In this document: in pieces, positions 50,232 to 59,085 of the stretch
Numbering within the stretch: position 1 is the first letter of the stretch
How the letters are laid out: the number at the start of each line of letters is the position of its first letter
Source: Candidatus Amesbacteria bacterium GW2011_GWB1_47_19
Lineage (GTDB): Bacteria; Patescibacteriota; Microgenomatia; CAZETR01; Amesbacteraceae
NCBI GenBank assembly: GCA_001002325.1
Contig: LCNZ01000001.1
Span: 3,773 to 67,772 of the forward strand
Direction of reading: 5' to 3'
Length of the DNA stretch: 64,000 nucleotides
Position numbers and translations under genes: made by a program
The notes under the pieces: generated by a model
Told to the model about the DNA's origin: nothing
Seen by the model: only the letters and a program-made list of their open reading frames with translations
Databases searched by the model: none

Positions 50232-53200
50232 AATCACATTTCTGACAAATGATGGATCCGGAGCAGCGAAAATCGGAGCGAGAAATAGCATCAGCATATT
50301 CGAAAATCTGTTTTTTGGCCTGGTCCAGCTGGGCGGCGGTACGCGTCACAGAGATCTTTTTGTCTTCTTCGAAATAATAAAGTGAAAGAATAATATCCTG
50401 AGATTTTTTGCCGAAAGGAGGATAGGGAATTGAAGTCGCGGCCAGGGCATAAAAAGATAGTTGGAGATCTTTCTCGGCTTCTTTTTGGGTGAGACTTTTG
50501 GAGCTGGTTTTGTAGTCAATGATTTCGATTTTGCCGCCAGGGAGGATGTCAACCCGGTCTATTTTACCACCGATTTTGATGGTCCGACTTCTGTTGTCGC
50601 TCACCACCGGCACGGTAAACGGCTCTTCCAGCTTGACTGGCAGGTGCCGGGGGTCAAATCTGGTGGCTAAATATTCCTGCAGGTAGCGGCGACCTTTGGC
50701 CTGGTAAGCGACGGCGTGCCGGGGATTAAGATACCCCGCCGGGGACCAATTTTGGGCAAAAAGTTTCAAAATATCCGGCTTCAACCCGCGGGCTGTTTGA
50801 TCAAAAAAGTCACGAAGGGTACGATGGATGGTGTTGCCAAAACCGGAAGCGGCGGAGGGGGGGGTAGGTAGTTTTAATATATATTTGGCTTTGTAGTGAA
50901 GAGGGCAGTCGAGAAATGTCTGGATCTGGGAGTAACTGAGGTAGTTAATAGTTATTTGTTTATGGTTGGTCGTTTGTGGCGTAGGAGGTGAAGTCTTTTG
51001 CCAGTCAATTAATGAAAGTTGGCTCTCTACCTGGGTGGCAGAACTGACAGCCAAAGATCCCAGTGTTTCAGTGATAAAAGGAGAGAGTTTTTTTGCGCGT
51101 TTACCTTCACCGTAATAATCGGCAGCAGTCAGAAATACCCGGTCTTTAGCCCGGGTCAGGCCGACGTAAAAAAGCCGCCTTTCCTCCTGCAGGTGGAAGT
51201 CTCCGCTGGGTAAAATTTCCTTGATGAGGGCTTCGGGGATGGGAATAGTTTCCTGACGCTGGCTGGAGGGGAAGCGCTGGGAAACCAGGTTAACCAGAAA
51301 AACTACCCGAAATTCCAGCCCTTTGGCGGAATGAAGAGTCAGAATATTTATAGCGTCGTTATCGGACCAATCGAAATTAGTGGCTAGGGGTGACTCCCCA
51401 ACTTCCAGCGACAAATCCAGCCAGTCCATAACAGCCCTAACTGAAGCATCGGAATGTTCCGATTCAAAAGTCTTGAGCTTGTTGAAAAAACGAGTAATAT
51501 TGGCTGCCCGGTGTTCGTCGATGGGAGTTTGATATTTAAGAATGGCGGAAAGCATTCCGGAATCGCGAAGGAAATAGTACAGGATTTGACCAGCTGACTC
51601 TTTGGATAATAGTCCCAGATGGTGATGGATGAGGCTGATTAAGTTTTTTAGAGTATCAATTGAGTCTGCAGTTAAGGGCGGACGGGGCAAGACAATTTGG
51701 GTGGTGCGGATGCCAGACAGGTGTTCTAAGGCTGAAAAAAGGGAAAGACCGGAGCGCTTGGTAAAACTGGTTAAGGATGCCAGATCCCGGGGAGAAAGGG
51801 CAAAAAAATCCATAGCCAGCACCCGGTACAGGGAGATGTCATCATTAATGTCCGACAGAAACCGTAAATAGGCAATTAAATCTTTGACTTCGGGCTGGTG
51901 AAACAACCGGGCGGGACCTAAAAATTGAGCCGGAATTCCCCGGCGGGATAAGGCGCGTAAAAACGGTTCGGAATGGACATTAGCCCGCACCAGAATAGCA
52001 ATATCTTTAGGACTAAGTTCTAAGTGCGTAGCGCTAAGAAATTCTTTTATTTTTTTAGCAACAGCATCGGCTTCGTCTTCCACCCCGGAGGTGTGTATGA
52101 ATTCGATAGGCTCCGGAGGGTGGCGGCGAACAGCCGTCAGTTTTTTGTCTATTTTTTCCTTTATTTCCAGCCGGTCGGGATTGTTGTACTGAATTAATTG
52201 GTACGCCCGATCCAAAATCTCCTGAGAAGAGCGATAATTTTGGGTAAGAACAATTATTTTGGCTTTGGGATAAGTGGATTTGAATTGAATTACGTTGCTG
52301 ACGGCCGCCCCCCGCCAGCGATAGATAGAATTATGAACCACTATTCCGTTGGCAATATAGTTATGGGATTTGGCAATTTCCAGATCGTATACCGAAATTC
52401 TTTTATAGGTTACCCTTCTGGAAATCACTTGGTCATAAACTACCTCCGCGCCTAAAACTACCGGTATACGCATACCGGGTAAGATATTACCGACGGGTAT
52501 GACGAGTGCTCTACGGGAGAAATTATTGCGTTTTCCGACCTCAAACTTGGATTCAAATATCGCATCGGTGGTGTTTACTAGTTTTCGGGCAAATTCACCG
52601 GCTTGCAGAATATCAGAAAAGGCCTTCTGTACCTTCCACCCTTTTTTTGCTTTGGTAAGATGAATATTGTGTTGTCGTAATTTATTGATGATTGTGGGGG
52701 AAGATGTTTCGAGATGAACCTGATGAGAAACAGAGGGATTTAGTAATAACCGATTTCTTGCCCATTTGGTCCGATGGCGACGATAACAGAGGGTGAGTAT
52801 TACCTTAGCTCGATGGGATCCTCCTCGAACCACACCTCCGAGTGCAAAATGATGTGCATGGAGATAGACTCCTAAATCACGGGCGAGTTTTATTGCGGCT
52901 GTATTCGTATCTATCTGAGAATATAGTTTCGTTAACCACTCGCCCTTTAATGTCATTCGTTTACGGGGCATAAATGGACAAGTAGGTATTCCATATTTGA
53001 GAGTGTATAGGGTTTCGTAATATCGGGCTTCAGACTCGGTAGAACAAGATTTAATAGCTAAAATACTGTCTGCAGAACGTTCAAGTTTTAATCTTTGAGC
53101 TAAATCATCGGTGATACCCAAGCGCCAACCTAAGTTTCGGCGATGCATCAAATAAACATAATAGAATCTGCGGATGCCGTATTTTTTACCAGGTGTGAGG

Positions 53201-54219
53201 CAAAAAAATTTATGATTATCTGTGGCTACAATTTTTCGACCACTTTCCGTTATCAAGGTGATCATTCTTGCTGATTTTAAATTTTTGTTAATATGGGTAA
53301 CTGTAGACGTGGACAGATAACCCTTCCCTACGGCTGTGACAACAGAATCACCAACGGACATTTTTTCGATAGTTGTGGTTCCTGCAGGGGTGGTAATCAG
53401 AGTTCCTGCAGGTAAGCACTGGTCATCGTCGGCCACTACGGTGAGATTTTGGGAGGAATTGACCATTAGATTGACCAACTGGTTTTGGGAGTAATTGGTA
53501 TCCTGGAATTCATCAACTAAAATGTACTTGAATTTTGATTGGTAATCCCTAAGTATGTTGGGGCGGGTACGGAAAAGCTGAAGAGTGTAGGAAATAAGGT
53601 CGGCAAAGTCCAATTGGCTGTCTTTAATTTTGAGGTCGGTGTAAGCTTGATAAACTTTGGCCAGTTCCAGGTATTTTTCCTGATCCATCCTGGAATCTGC
53701 GGTTTGGTTTTTGAGTGAGGCAGCCCAGTCCAGATACAGCCGTGGAGAAATGTCTTCGTCCTGGAGCCGGCTGAAATGTGTCAGGAGACCGGAAATGAAT
53801 TTGGTGGGATTCCCCAAAGGGCGAAAGTATTCCAGGCCCAAGTCGAAAAGGTGACGGTGAAGAAGAGAGGTGGCTTCGGTTTCGGTCAACAGCTGAAAGT
53901 TGGAATTGAGACCGATGTGCAAACCTTCGTCGCGTAATATCCGGTCGCAAAATGAATGGAAGGTCATTACCCACATTTGGGTATAACCATAGGGCATTGC
54001 CTGATCGATACGGGTTTCCATTTCCTGGGCGGCTTTTTCGGTAAAGGTGAGTGACAAAATTTCCTCGGGTTTGGCCAGGCCGGAAGATATGAGGTGTTTG
54101 ACCCGTTCGGTAATAACGGTGGTTTTGCCGGTCCCGGCACCGGCAATAATGAGCAAGGGTCCGGTACCGTATTTAACGGCAGCCAGCTGTTGTTTATTTA
54201 GCTTTTTTTCTGAAGTCAT
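50194..54219 (-). CDS. UvrD-family helicase fused to C-terminal PD-(D/E)xK nuclease, intein-containing
   Basis: AGAGTGKT, DEFQDTN, NYRS, HSAKGLEF, EERRLFYV; C-terminal SYSQ..CP, GKIDR, IIDYKT, QL..Y, CxxC..C; start re-assigned to ATG 54219. Confidence 0.92.
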   Translation of the reverse strand: MTSEKKLNKQQLAAVKYGTGPLLIIAGAGTGKTTVITERVKHLISSGLAKPEEILSLTFTEKAAQEMETRIDQAMPYGYTQMWVMTFHSFCDRILRDEGLHIGLNSNFQLLTETEATSLLHRHLFDLGLEYFRPLGNPTKFISGLLTHFSRLQDEDISPRLYLDWAASLKNQTADSRMDQEKYLELAKVYQAYTDLKIKDSQLDFADLISYTLQLFRTRPNILRDYQSKFKYILVDEFQDTNYSQNQLVNLMVNSSQNLTVVADDDQCLPAGTLITTPAGTTTIEKMSVGDSVVTAVGKGYLSTSTVTHINKNLKSARMITLITESGRKIVATDNHKFFCLTPGKKYGIRRFYYVYLMHRRNLGWRLGITDDLAQRLKLERSADSILAIKSCSTESEARYYETLYTLKYGIPTCPFMPRKRMTLKGEWLTKLYSQIDTNTAAIKLARDLGVYLHAHHFALGGVVRGGSHRAKVILTLCYRRHRTKWARNRLLLNPSVSHQVHLETSSPTIINKLRQHNIHLTKAKKGWKVQKAFSDILQAGEFARKLVNTTDAIFESKFEVGKRNNFSRRALVIPVGNILPGMRIPVVLGAEVVYDQVISRRVTYKRISVYDLEIAKSHNYIANGIVVHNSIYRWRGAAVSNVIQFKSTYPKAKIIVLTQNYRSSQEILDRAYQLIQYNNPDRLEIKEKIDKKLTAVRRHPPEPIEFIHTSGVEDEADAVAKKIKEFLSATHLELSPKDIAILVRANVHSEPFLRALSRRGIPAQFLGPARLFHQPEVKDLIAYLRFLSDINDDISLYRVLAMDFFALSPRDLASLTSFTKRSGLSLFSALEHLSGIRTTQIVLPRPPLTADSIDTLKNLISLIHHHLGLLSKESAGQILYYFLRDSGMLSAILKYQTPIDEHRAANITRFFNKLKTFESEHSDASVRAVMDWLDLSLEVGESPLATNFDWSDNDAINILTLHSAKGLEFRVVFLVNLVSQRFPSSQRQETIPIPEALIKEILPSGDFHLQEERRLFYVGLTRAKDRVFLTAADYYGEGKRAKKLSPFITETLGSLAVSSATQVESQLSLIDWQKTSPPTPQTTNHKQITINYLSYSQIQTFLDCPLHYKAKYILKLPTPPSAASGFGNTIHRTLRDFFDQTARGLKPDILKLFAQNWSPAGYLNPRHAVAYQAKGRRYLQEYLATRFDPRHLPVKLEEPFTVPVVSDNRSRTIKIGGKIDRVDILPGGKIEIIDYKTSSKSLTQKEAEKDLQLSFYALAATSIPYPPFGKKSQDIILSLYYFEEDKKISVTRTAAQLDQAKKQIFEYADAISRSDFRCSGSIICQKCDFKTLCDMATSSG
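52330..53418 (-). mobile_element. intein (363 aa) with internal putative endonuclease
   Basis: Splits helicase motif III DDDQ|SIYRWRGA; begins CLPAGT, block B TDNH, block F VYDLEI..HNY, ends HN before Ser. Confidence 0.95.
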
Positions 54220-54225
54220 GCAGCT

Positions 54226-54237
54226 CATTATATAATG
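54226..54237. promoter_or_regulatory. palindromic bidirectional -10 element
   Basis: CATTATATAATG gives TATAAT on both strands, each 7 nt from an ATG (54219 and 54244). Confidence 0.7.
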
Positions 54238-54243
54238 CGGGGA

Positions 54244-54822
54244 ATGAGTATCTGCGGGTTGGATGAGGCGGGGAGAGGAGCGCTGGCTGGGCCTTTAGTG
54301 GCGGCTGCTACAGTGCTCAATTCTCAGTGCTCAGTGCTCAAGCTAAATGATTCGAAGAGACTGAATAAAAGACAAAGAGAAAGATTGTATCAACAAATCA
54401 TTGATTCCGGAGCTGAAGTGGCAGTGGAGATTATAACAGCCCGGCAGATCAACAACCGGGGAATGGGATGGGCTAATAAAGAGGTGTTTAAGAAATTAAT
54501 TAAAAAAATTGACGCAGACAAGTACATTGTTGACGGTAATCTGCGAATAAGAGTTAATGGTAAAAGTAACAGGATTAAGTCGGTTATAAAGGCTGACGAG
54601 ACGAGGAAATGTGTGATGGCGGCGTCAATTATGGCCAAGGTGGTAAGAGATGAGTACATGAAAAAACTGCATGATAAGCATATGATTTACGATTGGGATA
54701 AAAATGCCGGATACGGGACAAAAAAACATATTGAGGCGATTAAGGAATTCGGCATGATCCATTACCACCGAAGCGTGTGGGTGACTACGGCTTTGAGAAA
54801 ATTCAGTGACCGTTTCGTTTAA
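54244..54822 (+). CDS. rnhB: ribonuclease HII
   Basis: GLDEAGRG.LAGP, DSK, VDGN, AASI.AKV.RD, GYGT..H. Confidence 0.95.
   Translation: MSICGLDEAGRGALAGPLVAAATVLNSQCSVLKLNDSKRLNKRQRERLYQQIIDSGAEVAVEIITARQINNRGMGWANKEVFKKLIKKIDADKYIVDGNLRIRVNGKSNRIKSVIKADETRKCVMAASIMAKVVRDEYMKKLHDKHMIYDWDKNAGYGTKKHIEAIKEFGMIHYHRSVWVTTALRKFSDRFV
54311..54344 (+). repeat. CAGTGCT heptamer array inside rnhB
   Basis: cagtgct caattct cagtgct cagtgct caagct. Confidence 0.85.
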
Positions 54823-55070
54823 TAATTTGCCGCAGGCGGGATTGAGTTTCTGGGTTAGTGGTAGGCGGTTTATGTCCATTTTGAATTATTACTCCAATAG
54901 GAATATCTTGTCTTTTGCGCCATCCTCTTTTACGTTGATTCCATTTATTGAGCGTATCCTGCCATTCCGGTTGCTGCTGTCTGACAACCCGGAAGGGGGT
55001 ACGATGGAAGTTACTCCCTGAAGGTAAATGTCAAGAACATGTCCGACGGATACGCTATAATCTGCGGATT

Positions 55071-55460
55071 ATGGTAGAAACACCCCGATTAATAACCGAT
55101 GTGAAAGAGGCCAAAAAGGCTGTTACGCGCGGGCTCAAACCAAATGAGTAGATATCTGCGGGGGTTATGGGGATGATTGTTCCCAACTGTCCGGCAGTGA
55201 TTGACAATTCTTCCAATCCTTTCAGTGTTGGCAACAAATTTAAAAGAATTTTAAATGGTTATCTGGCAAAAGGTGCGATCAGGCCTCGAGGCTGTTCGGG
55301 ACTGCAAATTGATCCGGAGTTGTCTACCAGTGAGTCGCTGGATAATTGGTTTGCGGGGCATGAGAAGGCAATCAACGGATTTGTTACGTATAGTCTTAAT
55401 GGCAAGAATGTGTTTTTACACCAAGTATGCGACGGTTGTTCTTTAAGAGATCGAACATAG
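55071..55460 (+). pseudogene. hypothetical Cys-containing gene interrupted by one in-frame TAG
   Basis: ATG 55071 follows TATAAT; TAG 55149-55151 is in frame with the 55167-55460 ORF. Confidence 0.45.
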
Positions 55461-55477
55461 AAAAGGCGTGGATGGTA

Positions 55478-56476
55478 TCAGCTGTAGAAGTTCCGCTCCC
55501 AAGTCTGTGATTTGAGTTCTTCTAATAATCGAGCCGGCAGTCTTTCTGCATCAGATGCGGAAGTGTTGGCGTCTACATAGGAAACCTTGCGCATACCCGG
55601 AATTATTGTGGAAACTTCTTTGAACGATAATAAATAACGCAAGGCCAAATCAACCAAACCTCCGGCCTCATTACCCAACAATTTTTTAAGAGCGTCTGTG
55701 CGTATAACCAACTCCCTGAGCCTTTCGGGGTTAAAATATTGTTGACGAAAATCACCGGTAGCAAATCGGGTTTGAGTATCGAATTTACCGGTTAACCCCC
55801 CTTCGTCCAGGGGAACCCGGGCGATTAAGCCGATATTGTTACTTTGGGCGTACGGGAGCAGCCTTTCGGCAGGTTTCTGGTGAAAAATATTGAAAATAAA
55901 TTGAACCGCAGAAATCAAGCCTGTATCAAGAGCTTTTAAGCAGTTCTCGGGCTGATAATCATTGACGGATATACCCCAGTAGCTGACTTTGCCGTCCCGG
56001 GTCAGCTTTCGGATTATGTTTTTCCAACCGTCTTCTTTTACGAAACTGTCCTGCCAGACATGAAATTGCATCAGATCCAGATGATCTATCCCCAAATCTT
56101 TCAATGAATCGTCTACGCATTTAATTATCCAGTTGTCAGGAAATACTTCAGAGATGGGAACTTCCGGTTGGGCAGGCCAATGCATGTTTTTGGGAGGAAC
56201 TTTGGAAGCAATGATAAGTTTGTTTCTTTGTCCGGATTCTTTAAGAAATTTGCCAATCAGTTCGTGAGAGCGACGGCGGCCGTCTTTTTCATCGTATCCA
56301 TAAATCCAGGCCGTATCTATAAAATTTCCTCCGAGTTCGGTATAGCGATGGAGGCTCTTTAAACTTTCATTCAGATTACTATCCACCCAATAATTGGGGT
56401 CACCAGCCAGCTGCCAGGTGCCGATCCCGATCTCGGCAACTTTTAGTCCGGTTTTCCCAAGTGTGCGATACTTCAC
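55478..56476 (-). CDS. aldo/keto reductase
   Basis: LGKTG..V..IG.G, IDTA..Y, SK, DLMQFH, IPG. Confidence 0.92.
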   Translation of the reverse strand: MKYRTLGKTGLKVAEIGIGTWQLAGDPNYWVDSNLNESLKSLHRYTELGGNFIDTAWIYGYDEKDGRRRSHELIGKFLKESGQRNKLIIASKVPPKNMHWPAQPEVPISEVFPDNWIIKCVDDSLKDLGIDHLDLMQFHVWQDSFVKEDGWKNIIRKLTRDGKVSYWGISVNDYQPENCLKALDTGLISAVQFIFNIFHQKPAERLLPYAQSNNIGLIARVPLDEGGLTGKFDTQTRFATGDFRQQYFNPERLRELVIRTDALKKLLGNEAGGLVDLALRYLLSFKEVSTIIPGMRKVSYVDANTSASDAERLPARLLEELKSQTWERNFYS

Positions 56477-56488
56477 CAGCCTATTGTA

Positions 56489-57178
56489 TCACCGGTGCAA
56501 ATATCGCCGGCGGAGGGGCTCGGGGAAACGTTCAATGGCGTAACGGAGGGAAGTGCGCGGAATGACTTTTCCATATTCGTCCAAAAAATCGGTCAGGGTT
56601 TTTTGACTACAGCGTTTGCCGACTTCACGCAGCATCCAGCCGACGGCTTTGTGAATTAAATCATGTTTGTCTGAGAGGAGAATTTGAGAAATCTTTAAAG
56701 CGTCGGCAGGATCATTTTGCTTAACGATGAAATACATACAACTGATAATGGCGATGCGTCTTTCCCAGAGGTTATCTGATTTGGTCAGTTGATAAAGGAT
56801 ATCACGGGGTTTGTCGGATAAATATACCCCGACGATTTTGGGGGCGGAAATGTCCACCAAATCCCAGTTATTAATATATTCCGTATTTTCTAAATAAAAA
56901 TTATAAATCTGTTCGGGATTTTTGGGGAATTGGTAGACTGAAATCTGAATAGCAATAGAACGCTCCTCGTGATACGGGGATTTGATTAATTGCTGAACCT
57001 CTTTTAGGGGCAGATCCCGATACTTTTTGGAAATACCCCGCATTTGGGGAGTGTTCAGGCCCAGAAATTTATCACCCTCACCATACTGGCCGGGGCCGGT
57101 TTTGAAAAACCACATTGAAGTTTTTGCTCTGTTTTCATCTGCCAGACTTCTGATTTCTTTTTGGATATCTCTGATCAT
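56489..57178 (-). CDS. DNA alkylation repair protein (AlkD-like)
   Basis: FFKTGPGQYGEGD.F, NNWDLVD, WERR, LIHKAVGWMLRE. Confidence 0.9.
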   Translation of the reverse strand: MIRDIQKEIRSLADENRAKTSMWFFKTGPGQYGEGDKFLGLNTPQMRGISKKYRDLPLKEVQQLIKSPYHEERSIAIQISVYQFPKNPEQIYNFYLENTEYINNWDLVDISAPKIVGVYLSDKPRDILYQLTKSDNLWERRIAIISCMYFIVKQNDPADALKISQILLSDKHDLIHKAVGWMLREVGKRCSQKTLTDFLDEYGKVIPRTSLRYAIERFPEPLRRRYLHR

Positions 57179-57753
57179 GCCGGGCGAAGGGTTTCTTTAA
57201 GGGGGTCGGATGTAACGAATTCAATTGTTTTGGGTTCTGCTTTGTCTAAATCGGAAATGCCTAAAAGATGATCGTATTCATGCTGAATTAGTCTGGCTAC
57301 AAAACCCGAAAATTCCTGTTCTTGTATTTTTCCTTTTTTATCCTTCCATTGCATTCTTATTGTATCAGATCTTTTAATGTCTGCCCACATAGTGCCACAG
57401 CTTAAACATAATTCACGGTAATAATTTAATTTTTTGGATTTTGAAATTATTTTCGGATTGATATAGATTTGGATTTCGCCGTTAAGATAAGTGACAAATA
57501 CAGATTTTGCTATGTTTATTTGAGGAGCCGCCAAACCCCGGCCAATCCCAGCAATTTTCTGGTATTCAATTAATATTTGACCCAATTTATTTCCAATTTC
57601 GATACCTTCTTTAATTGGAACAGCCCTGGTCTTATTTTTCAATATCGGATCACCTAAATAGCGAAACTCCGGGAATTTTTCAGCAATTTCCAAAAACAGC
57701 TTTGTTCTCTTGATGATTTGGATTCTGTCCACAGGGGAATTATACCCCGACAT
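57175..57753 (-). CDS. def: peptide deformylase
   Basis: GLAAPQ, E.CLS, QHEYDHL.G. Confidence 0.85.
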   Translation of the reverse strand: MSGYNSPVDRIQIIKRTKLFLEIAEKFPEFRYLGDPILKNKTRAVPIKEGIEIGNKLGQILIEYQKIAGIGRGLAAPQINIAKSVFVTYLNGEIQIYINPKIISKSKKLNYYRELCLSCGTMWADIKRSDTIRMQWKDKKGKIQEQEFSGFVARLIQHEYDHLLGISDLDKAEPKTIEFVTSDPLKETLRPA

Positions 57754-57768
57754 TCATTTCTTATTTGA

Positions 57769-58086
57769 TTAGGATAGTGACTGCCATAGGAAAGCAGTAA
57801 AGACGAGACATACCGGAATGCCGTAGGTAATAAACAGCCGGAAACGAGCTTCATCAGGAGAATAATTAAATAGCTTAAATAAAGCTTTCAGGTGGTTTTC
57901 TATAAAGCCTTTACCGGAAGTGCCGTATTGCCATCTGGTAAGAGGGCAATAACCCAAACCCCGGGAAATAATCAGATGATAAGCTATGGCACCAACTGCA
58001 ACCCAGTACCAGGCAATCCAAAACGGAAACGAGGCAAATAATATAATAACCAGATAATGAATTAAAGCGATGATTACCTTGGACAT
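57769..58086 (-). CDS. small membrane protein (DUF2784-like)
   Basis: Three TMs with conserved-looking H and GYCPLT. Confidence 0.6.
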   Translation of the reverse strand: MSKVIIALIHYLVIILFASFPFWIAWYWVAVGAIAYHLIISRGLGYCPLTRWQYGTSGKGFIENHLKALFKLFNYSPDEARFRLFITYGIPVCLVFTAFLWQSLS

Positions 58087-58093
58087 AATGAAA

Positions 58094-58612
58094 TTATTTT
58101 TTTACCAAGTAGTGGAGTTGAAGGGTTTGAGGACTTAAGGGTTTGGAGGAAAGAAATTCGAGCTGGATATTGAAATCCGCACCCTGGAATAAGGCCTTGC
58201 CGTTGCCCAGAGCCAGGGGTTCGATATCCAGAAATATTTCATCGACCAATCCCTCTTTCATAAACGAGGTCCATGTTTGATTACCCCCGGCGACAACAAT
58301 TTCTTTTTTACCCAGTTTAGACATAACAGATACCGCTCCCTGAGGTCCGTCGGGAGTGAGGATAATTTTAAAACCATTCGGAGGAAGAGAAGGGCGGGAG
58401 GTCAGTATAACAGTAGTGTGTTCGGGATTCGGCCAGTCTGAGGACGGTAAGGTTAAATATTCCTCGTAGGTTTTTCGACCCATTACTACTGCTCCGATTT
58501 TACCGCAAAAAGCCATGAAACTGGCGTTGTCTTCATCCGACCAGGGAGTGTTACCGTCTTTATCGGCGATACACCCATTAATAGACGAAGCAATATAAAA
58601 ATATGTTTTCAT
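58094..58612 (-). CDS. dihydrofolate reductase / RibD C-terminal family
   Basis: IASSING.IA, VMGRKTY, GG, LVDE, P..LG.G..LF. Confidence 0.88.
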   Translation of the reverse strand: MKTYFYIASSINGCIADKDGNTPWSDEDNASFMAFCGKIGAVVMGRKTYEEYLTLPSSDWPNPEHTTVILTSRPSLPPNGFKIILTPDGPQGAVSVMSKLGKKEIVVAGGNQTWTSFMKEGLVDEIFLDIEPLALGNGKALFQGADFNIQLEFLSSKPLSPQTLQLHYLVKK

Positions 58613-58637
58613 GATTGGCTAAATTGTAGCATTTTTA

Positions 58638-59084
58638 CCTCACTCTCTTGTCCCTCTCCTTATTTCAGGAGAGGGAAGATTTTGACTTATTTTTAATAAA
58701 ACTTCGGACAAATTATTTAGTAAGTCCGCATTATTGAATCTAATTTCTTTTATACCTAGAGTTCTTAAATACTCCGTCCGATACTTATCATATTGAATAC
58801 TACTTGGTGTGTTGTGGACGCCTCCGTCTATTTCCACTGCCAGTTTGGCGTTATGGCAGTAAAAATCCACCACAAAATTCATGACACTATATTGTCTCTT
58901 GAATTTCATTCCTAATTTTATATTACGCAATTCTTCCCATAATAGATGCTCATAAGCGGTACTTCGTTTTCTTAGATCTCTTCGTCTCCATTTCATCCTG
59001 TTGGCATTTAAAACCTGGTGTGTTACCTGCATAATTTTAATAATACCCCCTCTCCTGAAATAAGGAGAGGGGCGTGGGGTGAGG
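58638..59084. mobile_element. putative inverted-repeat-bounded DUF559 cassette
   Basis: Perfect 24-bp inverted repeats (58652-58675 and 59048-59071), outer CCTCAC/GTGAGG, TTTA on both outer flanks. Confidence 0.55.
58640..59032 (-). CDS. DUF559 / Vsr-like endonuclease
   Basis: R.LR...T..E..LW..LR, KF.RQ, VDFYC, VEIDG..H, D..R...L...G...IRF.N. Confidence 0.9.
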   Translation of the reverse strand: MQVTHQVLNANRMKWRRRDLRKRSTAYEHLLWEELRNIKLGMKFKRQYSVMNFVVDFYCHNAKLAVEIDGGVHNTPSSIQYDKYRTEYLRTLGIKEIRFNNADLLNNLSEVLLKISQNLPSPEIRRGTRE

Positions 59085-59085
59085 T

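Noticed and set aside
51015-51055. Possible additional heptamer array in the helicase-nuclease linker
   Set aside because: Periodicity too weak to call by eye
46502-54219. Two UvrD helicases as an anti-phage system (e.g. Gabija)
   Set aside because: No OLD/TOPRIM partner; genes are convergent and resemble housekeeping repair helicases
54960-55000. GTCAG...GCAGC similarity to SRP RNA domain IV on the minus strand
   Set aside because: Lacks the GGAA tetraloop helix and the long flanking stem
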